From a virus (lineage: Duplodnaviria; Caudoviricetes), in the IMG/VR virus record IMGVR_UViG_3300023055_000253, positions 1-33,024 of that record: a DNA stretch of 33,024 nucleotides; one strand, 5' to 3'. The notes beneath the pieces were generated by a model. The model was not told where the DNA came from. It made no database searches and saw only the letters and a list, made by a program, of their open reading frames with translations. A program made the position numbers and the translations under genes. Of this stretch, positions 27,723 through 33,024 are shown in pieces (within the stretch, counting starts at the first letter, position 1; each line of letters starts with the position of its first letter).

Positions 27723-28652
27723 TTAGTCAACCTTGATGTCAGCGATCTTACCGTTACCGGCTTCGTTCAAGCACTCTAGGGTCAATTCAGTGATGATCTG
27801 AACCTTGTCGGAGTCACCAGTCTTAGCAAGTTCGTTCTTTGTGATACCGCGCAGTGTTGCAACGTTCCAAAGGTCTTTATCGAAAGCGATAAGAGTGGTC
27901 TTTGTCATGAAGTGATGCGGGATGATTTCGTGCGTGCCGAAATCAGACACGTAATAATCAACGCCTGCATAAATGGTCTTCTTTTCAGCGGGTGTCTGCC
28001 AAACGCCGACGCCACCAGCAAGCGCAGAAATCTTCTGCTTTACCTTACCCGGAGCGATAACCTGAGCAGCATTGCCACCGGCTTCCCAAATCTTAGTGAA
28101 AAGTTCGTTGAGCAATTCAACAGTGACTTCCTGCTCATCGCCCTCGGTTACAGCGCCAACGTTGTTGTTAGCAAAACCAGCAGTCGCACCACCAACGCCA
28201 TGAAGTGCGTTTGTCTTGATCCATGCTTCTGCACCACCGAGCATACCCGGACCTGTTGCAGATGGATTAGCGGAAACGAGAGCCGCTTCAATATCGCGAT
28301 TAAGTTCAGCACCTGCCTTAGTAATCTGGCGAGCCTTTTCGTTCTTTGCACCGGCAGTATCAACAGCCTGCAAGGTGTTCGTTACGGTGATTTCCTTAGC
28401 GAAAATCTGTGTGCGGTTGCCGAGGCGCGCTGGGCCTGTGTTGTTTGCTTCTGCTGCGTCTGCACCTTCAAGGCGAGCATTCTTAGCATTTGCAGGAGCA
28501 AGTTCGTCAGTGAGGAATTCGTGCCAAGTGGACGTTGCCTTGGTCTTACCAATCTCAGTGCGGAAAGGTGTCTTTTCCGGCGAAATCATGCTGATGAAAT
28601 TGCCGAGGTCTTCGCGAACGTGCTTAACGTCCGTAGTCTTCAATGTTGCCAT
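27723..28652 (-). CDS. Prophage major capsid protein (DUF5309/SU10-like)
   Basis: REDL...ISPEKTPF, EGAD, NRTQIF, YVSDFG, LAKTGDS. Confidence 0.9.
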   Translation of the reverse strand: MATLKTTDVKHVREDLGNFISMISPEKTPFRTEIGKTKATSTWHEFLTDELAPANAKNARLEGADAAEANNTGPARLGNRTQIFAKEITVTNTLQAVDTAGAKNEKARQITKAGAELNRDIEAALVSANPSATGPGMLGGAEAWIKTNALHGVGGATAGFANNNVGAVTEGDEQEVTVELLNELFTKIWEAGGNAAQVIAPGKVKQKISALAGGVGVWQTPAEKKTIYAGVDYYVSDFGTHEIIPHHFMTKTTLIAFDKDLWNVATLRGITKNELAKTGDSDKVQIITELTLECLNEAGNGKIADIKVD

Positions 28653-28673
28653 TATCGATATTCTCCAAAATTT

Positions 28674-29693
28674 TTAAAGTAGTTTGCTGATTACGCTGAT
28701 CGCGTCTCTCTGAGAGCCGGAGCGCTTTAGTCGGTTAACGTCTCGCTGGAACGCTTGGTCTGCTGAAACGGAGTTTGTTTTAACTCCCTGCGGCATTGAA
28801 ATCGGGGCTTTGTCCTCGATGTGCTTGCGTGCCGCTGGAACCTTCTTCTGCATGTCATCGTAGGCGATTGCCTTTAAAACAATGTCGATGATCTTGGCGT
28901 CCTGCACAGTCGAAATCTCGTCCTGTGAGAAGCCGTAGTTCAGAAGATAATCCTCTGTTTTAACAAGTCCTGCTTGGGCGACCTTCGGGTCTTTGAATTC
29001 GGGACGAAGTGTCTGCAACTCCGCCTTGGCGTTTTCAATGGCCTGATTACGAAGGGAAGCCAAATGCTCTGCGTCTTTGCGAGCAATTTCATTTTTGGCG
29101 TCTGCTAACTGCTTAACAGCAGCCTCGCGGCGCTGGAAGTTTTCCTTTTCCTGCATGTAGGTAGGGAAATCATACTGTCTCAGGTAATCCCAATCTGGTT
29201 CCTTCAACGTCTGAAATTCCATTGCCACTTGTGTCAGTAGACCATCGATATAATGATCGACCTGACCACGGAGAGCGTGCTTTTCGACCTGAACTTCCGA
29301 ATATTGCTTCTTGAGTTCAGATACCTCTTGCGTCTTTCTCGTGTAGTCGGCTCGGCGCATATAACCGTCTAATAGTTCCTTGCCCGACACTTGTTCATCA
29401 CCAATGGTAATGAGTGCATCTTCGGGAATATCGAACGCGCTTGGCGCTTCGTCCGTTTGTTCGGTTTCCTCTGCTACGTCTTCAACATCATCTGACTGAT
29501 CAGGTTCAAAGTCTGTTTCGGCTGTAGTTTCGTCTACCGACTCATTTGAGGGTTCAATATCAAAATCGTTACCCTCATCAGCATCTACGTTTTGGGTTGT
29601 AGTGGTTTCACTGTCCAAGAACTTAGCGATGTGTTCGGTTGCTTCCGCTGGGGTATAACCAGCCCCACTATCGGGGTTGTTGGTTCCGTCCAT
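28674..29693 (-). CDS. Capsid scaffolding protein
   Basis: Acidic disordered N-terminus, GYMRRADYTRKTQE, coiled coils; immediately upstream of the capsid gene. Confidence 0.85.
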   Translation of the reverse strand: MDGTNNPDSGAGYTPAEATEHIAKFLDSETTTTQNVDADEGNDFDIEPSNESVDETTAETDFEPDQSDDVEDVAEETEQTDEAPSAFDIPEDALITIGDEQVSGKELLDGYMRRADYTRKTQEVSELKKQYSEVQVEKHALRGQVDHYIDGLLTQVAMEFQTLKEPDWDYLRQYDFPTYMQEKENFQRREAAVKQLADAKNEIARKDAEHLASLRNQAIENAKAELQTLRPEFKDPKVAQAGLVKTEDYLLNYGFSQDEISTVQDAKIIDIVLKAIAYDDMQKKVPAARKHIEDKAPISMPQGVKTNSVSADQAFQRDVNRLKRSGSQRDAISVISKLL

Positions 29694-29762
29694 AGGTTTT
29701 CTCCTAATTTGTTTTTATCGTTTATTTATTCGGACGCTTCGGATTAGGACCGATTGCCCGTT

Positions 29763-30044
29763 TTATGATTGGCCTTGGCTCTTTCGTTGTAGTTCCGCTT
29801 TGGCCTCTGCTACGTAAAGTTCTGCCTTCTGCTGCACCTTGATTAGCGCTTGCGCTTGATGCTGATAGGCAAGGATTTCTGTTGTTTCCGATGGGTTCGT
29901 CAGTGAGAAGTTGCGAAAGTAGTCCTCTCGCACTTCTTCAAAGAAGCGATGAAACTCAGGAATTGAGAGCAGCAATTCCGCCATGCGCCCTCGTTCCATG
30001 ATCTTGTTCAACGCCTTTTCCTGTCGTTCATTCTGGTAATTCAT
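29763..30044 (-). CDS. Small helical protein between portal and scaffold
   Basis: 93 aa; GGGAG RBS; GRMAELLL...F pattern. Confidence 0.7.
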   Translation of the reverse strand: MNYQNERQEKALNKIMERGRMAELLLSIPEFHRFFEEVREDYFRNFSLTNPSETTEILAYQHQAQALIKVQQKAELYVAEAKAELQRKSQGQS

Positions 30045-30053
30045 TCGCTCCCC

Positions 30054-32402
30054 TTAAAACTGTGGTGGCATTGCTTCACTTTGAGTGAAGCCTTGCATTG
30101 CTTGCTGCATCGCTGCCGCTTCCTGATCTGCGCCTGCTTGCTCTGGTGACATGCCTTCACTTTGAGTGAAGCCCTGCATTGCCTGCTGCATTGCTGCCGC
30201 TGCTTCTTGATCGGCTTGCGCTTGCTGCTGGCGGTTCTGTTCGCGTGCCACCTGCATTTGCACCTGCGCATCTTGTTCCGCGCTTGCAAAATCCATGTCC
30301 ATGCGCTTCGATTCCTGCTCGGCTTTGATCGCTGCCATATTTACTTGCGCGTTGAATTTGGCCGCGATTTCAGCACGTTTGAGTTCCAAGTCTGCAAATG
30401 CCAGGTCACGAATGCGGTCGTTTTCCATGATGAGTTTCTTCGCTTCAAACTCTCGCTTTTCGCGTTCGGACTGCGCACGAAGTTCCGCCTTGGCCTTCTC
30501 AACCTCAATAAGACCGAGTGTGTCAGGGCTTGGCTGTGGTGGCGCTGGCGGTGGTGGTGGCGGAATAGTTGCAGGATCTAGGAAGAATGCGTTTGCGTTC
30601 TTAAAGCCTGCGTTCTCTGCCATGCGAACAAGCGTCTCATAAATGTTCTGCGGTGTGACGAATGGCATCTGACGTTCCATTGCGGTCAACTGGTTCTGCA
30701 AGATCATCTGCAAGGACATCATATTGCCGTCCTTGTTCATAACGCCGAAAGCAACCGTGGCGGACACGTCTAGTTCCGGGTCCCACTCGTCAACGAGCAT
30801 CTTTTCGTATTTGCCAAGAAGACGAGTGATTAGCGCTTCTGCATCATCTGGATACTGCATCAGCAGGTCGATGATGATACGGAACAAATAGCGGTAGCCG
30901 GTATCTGCAAAATGGCGACAAACCATTTCAACAAGCATCTGACTTGCGTTCGCTCTCTGACTTGTCGCTGTCGCTGTCGTGTTCTGCATGTCGCTGGCGT
31001 TGATGCTCATCATTGCGCCGCCAACGCCGGTTGTTAGTTCTGCTGTCTCTCTAATCTGCTCCATCACTGGCAACGCAGATGCGCCGGTAAATGGCGTGCT
31101 TATAAAGTTGATACCAGCATCAGGACTGGTCGAACGAATTGCAGCACCGGGAGCCAAGTTCAATGCATCATCAAAGCGGGTAACGTCTGGATTAACGACC
31201 TTAATCGGATGCACATGCATATTGAGATTGTCGATAATACCGCGTTGCATCTTTGAAAGCAGTTCTTGTTCCGGTCCGACACGATCAGCAATGCCCTGAC
31301 CGAATAGCGTGTTCGGAGTTACGAACGGGCAGAAAGCCGCATACGGATAGAACTTGCTGACTTCTTCATAGCCAAGCACCACCGGACTGCTTTCGAGATC
31401 ACCTGCAAGCGTGATGCGATAATGACGGCGCTTTTCGCTATCAATCGCCATGAACGTGTAAATCTCGTAGACGAAAACCTCGTCCTCAACATCGCTGATG
31501 CCCTGATCGTAATCGACGTTGGAAGCGCGTTGCACTGCAATGCCGCTTGTCTCGTCAGATGCGCTAGGAATTGCTTTTACTTTTTCATTGTCATAGCCCT
31601 GCTCGATAAGCGTTTGGCGTCCTATGACTGCTTTGTGACCCTGCAACTTCGCTTTAATGCCGCCGGTCTGCTGGTCAAAATCTGCGTCCTTGGAAACGAT
31701 GAAGTTCTCAGGAGCGAGGTTCACGATATTCATTCTGCGCTGAGTGCGAATATGACGGATTTTAAGATCGTAAATCTGTGGCTGTGGCATTAACTGCGCA
31801 AGCGCTGCCATCGGATCAGGATTATTCGGATCGGTTGGAGGTGGTGGCGCACTGTATGGTTCGCTTGCTTCCTCAATGATGATCTTTCCGGCTTCTTCCT
31901 GCTCCTTGAAGAAAACAAGTTGCTCGTCCGTCACGCCCTTGATCAACTGAGGCAGCAATTCCTCTTTGTGCGCTTTGAACTCGACCATGACGATACCAAG
32001 GCCAGTAATTGCCGAGTTTTTCACCCAAGGCAGCAACCAAGCCACATGACTGTTAAGATCGCGAGCCACGAAATTCGCTACGTCTGTTTGCTGTTCTGCA
32101 AGCGCTTCCTGATCCGGTCGATTGGGGAGAAACTCGACAACTTTCTTCTGCGTATCAAAGACGCGAAGTATCTGACCTGTCATCCATTCGGTATGCTCTA
32201 GGACTTTCGGCACTATGTATTTCGAGCGACCCTTGATCGCTGCATCACCTGCCATTGGCTTACGCAGATATTGCTTGATGGCGTCTTCTTGCTTGATCGC
32301 AATGTTGTCGTTTGAGAAGCCAACCGCATCGTTGACCATGCTTCCAATTTTACGTGCTAGATCGTCATCGCTCAGGAATTTCTTATTAGTTTTCTTAGCC
32401 AT
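30054..32402 (-). CDS. Podovirus portal protein (P22-like, long C-terminal barrel)
   Basis: 782 aa; GRSK, LAPENF, TATA, poly-Pro linker and coiled-coil tail; follows the terminase. Confidence 0.9.
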   Translation of the reverse strand: MAKKTNKKFLSDDDLARKIGSMVNDAVGFSNDNIAIKQEDAIKQYLRKPMAGDAAIKGRSKYIVPKVLEHTEWMTGQILRVFDTQKKVVEFLPNRPDQEALAEQQTDVANFVARDLNSHVAWLLPWVKNSAITGLGIVMVEFKAHKEELLPQLIKGVTDEQLVFFKEQEEAGKIIIEEASEPYSAPPPPTDPNNPDPMAALAQLMPQPQIYDLKIRHIRTQRRMNIVNLAPENFIVSKDADFDQQTGGIKAKLQGHKAVIGRQTLIEQGYDNEKVKAIPSASDETSGIAVQRASNVDYDQGISDVEDEVFVYEIYTFMAIDSEKRRHYRITLAGDLESSPVVLGYEEVSKFYPYAAFCPFVTPNTLFGQGIADRVGPEQELLSKMQRGIIDNLNMHVHPIKVVNPDVTRFDDALNLAPGAAIRSTSPDAGINFISTPFTGASALPVMEQIRETAELTTGVGGAMMSINASDMQNTTATATSQRANASQMLVEMVCRHFADTGYRYLFRIIIDLLMQYPDDAEALITRLLGKYEKMLVDEWDPELDVSATVAFGVMNKDGNMMSLQMILQNQLTAMERQMPFVTPQNIYETLVRMAENAGFKNANAFFLDPATIPPPPPPAPPQPSPDTLGLIEVEKAKAELRAQSEREKREFEAKKLIMENDRIRDLAFADLELKRAEIAAKFNAQVNMAAIKAEQESKRMDMDFASAEQDAQVQMQVAREQNRQQQAQADQEAAAAMQQAMQGFTQSEGMSPEQAGADQEAAAMQQAMQGFTQSEAMPPQF
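30074..30090. repeat. Dispersed palindrome copy 3 (CTTCACT-TTG-AGTGAAG)
   Basis: Read directly; portal 3' end. Confidence 0.85.
30155..30171. repeat. Dispersed palindrome copy 4 (CTTCACT-TTG-AGTGAAG)
   Basis: Read directly; 81 bp from copy 3. Confidence 0.85.
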
Positions 32403-32450
32403 AGCGCCTTCCGCCGCATTAATGCGGTTCTTGTTTTTGAATATTCCGGG

Positions 32451-32456
32451 TATTTA
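32451..32456 (-). promoter_or_regulatory. TAAATA putative late promoter upstream of portal (also at 29723, 27659, 24086, 17721)
   Basis: The same hexamer occurs on the coding strand in five short intergenic gaps, about 28-49 nt before start codons. Confidence 0.55.
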
Positions 32457-32463
32457 TTGGGGC

Positions 32464-33024
32464 TTATTCAAAACAGCGCAGATCGCCGTAATCGACGGCA
32501 CGCGTCCAATCGGCAGTAGTTCCGAGGCTGGTTGATGAAACTGCAAACGTCAGGCAGAGCGCATCTGCGAAGTCGGGCGAAGCACTCATGCGCTTGCGGA
32601 TCGACTTCTTGTCCTCGACCTTCACCTTGCCGTTTCGTTCTGTGTCGTAAGTCGGAAAGCACAACTCATTGATGAGTTCGGAATGCTTGGGGATGCTTAC
32701 ATTGCCTTTGACAAACCAGTCTCGGCATTCCCACCACAATTGATCACGAAGGCGATTGAAAAACTCAGGTCGTCTTGTTGGCGTGTTGGAAACGACAACC
32801 GCTTTAACCGGAACACCGAGTTCCTTGAGCATACTCGCGATGCCGTTGCCGATACCGATTGCGTCAACACAAACGAACTTCGGCTGCTCTGCCTTTTCCG
32901 TGGTGAAATACAAGTCACGCACTGCGTAGGCGAGCGTTGCGGGTTCCAAGCCTTTCCAGACCTTCGGATCGTCAAGCACAACATTGTCATGGCGCTTAAT
33001 AAGCACCGAACGGTCGCCACCCTG
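32464..33024 (-). CDS. terL: Prophage large terminase, C-terminal nuclease domain (5' end outside window)
   Basis: Frame open to the window edge (QGGDRSVL...); VDAIGIG, FNRLRDQLWW, KVEDK, SPDFADAL. Confidence 0.9.
   Translation of the reverse strand, partial: QGGDRSVLIKRHDNVVLDDPKVWKGLEPATLAYAVRDLYFTTEKAEQPKFVCVDAIGIGNGIASMLKELGVPVKAVVVSNTPTRRPEFFNRLRDQLWWECRDWFVKGNVSIPKHSELINELCFPTYDTERNGKVKVEDKKSIRKRMSASPDFADALCLTFAVSSTSLGTTADWTRAVDYGDLRCFE

Larger units (their letters stand above)
14055..33024. mobile_element. Podovirus-type prophage with large serine integrase (continues beyond window)
   Basis: Integrase at the junction, a short-tail virion module with ejection proteins and no tape measure, and composition visibly more AT-rich than the GTA genes. 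Confidence 0.92.

Noticed and set aside
17389-30171. Palindromic repeats as a CRISPR array
   Set aside because: The copies are short, kilobases apart and intragenic, with no spacers or cas genes.
30041-30289. 82-aa alternative-frame ORF with repeated Cys/Lys motifs
   Set aside because: It is a by-product of the portal tandem duplication read in another frame.

Overview
The window appears to come from an alphaproteobacterium (Ochrobactrum/Brucella-like, judged from protein and repeat style) and has two parts. (1) 515-14054, minus strand: an RcGTA-type gene transfer agent head-tail cluster in canonical order (portal, protease, capsid, adaptor, stopper, tail terminator, tail tube, chaperones, short tape measure, distal tail, hub, NlpC/P60, megatron, holin-like). 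All of these ORFs look intact except the large terminase, which breaks off at ~14054, exactly at the expected Walker B 'D|E'. (2) ~14055 to the window end: a visibly more AT-rich podovirus-type prophage. A 612-aa large serine integrase sits next to the junction, followed by a minus-strand virion module (TerL fragment, portal, scaffold, capsid, adaptor, nozzle, three paralogous needle-like proteins, GNAT-like protein, ejection proteins, tail lysozyme, tail fibre). The main observation is a serine-integrase prophage inserted in the GTA packaging ATPase gene, a candidate reversible switch or inactivator of GTA production. The prophage also carries four copies of a 15-bp palindrome (TTCACT-TTG-AGTGAA) inside coding regions and a TAAATA motif upstream of its structural genes. 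All product calls come from motif recognition and synteny; no database search was run.
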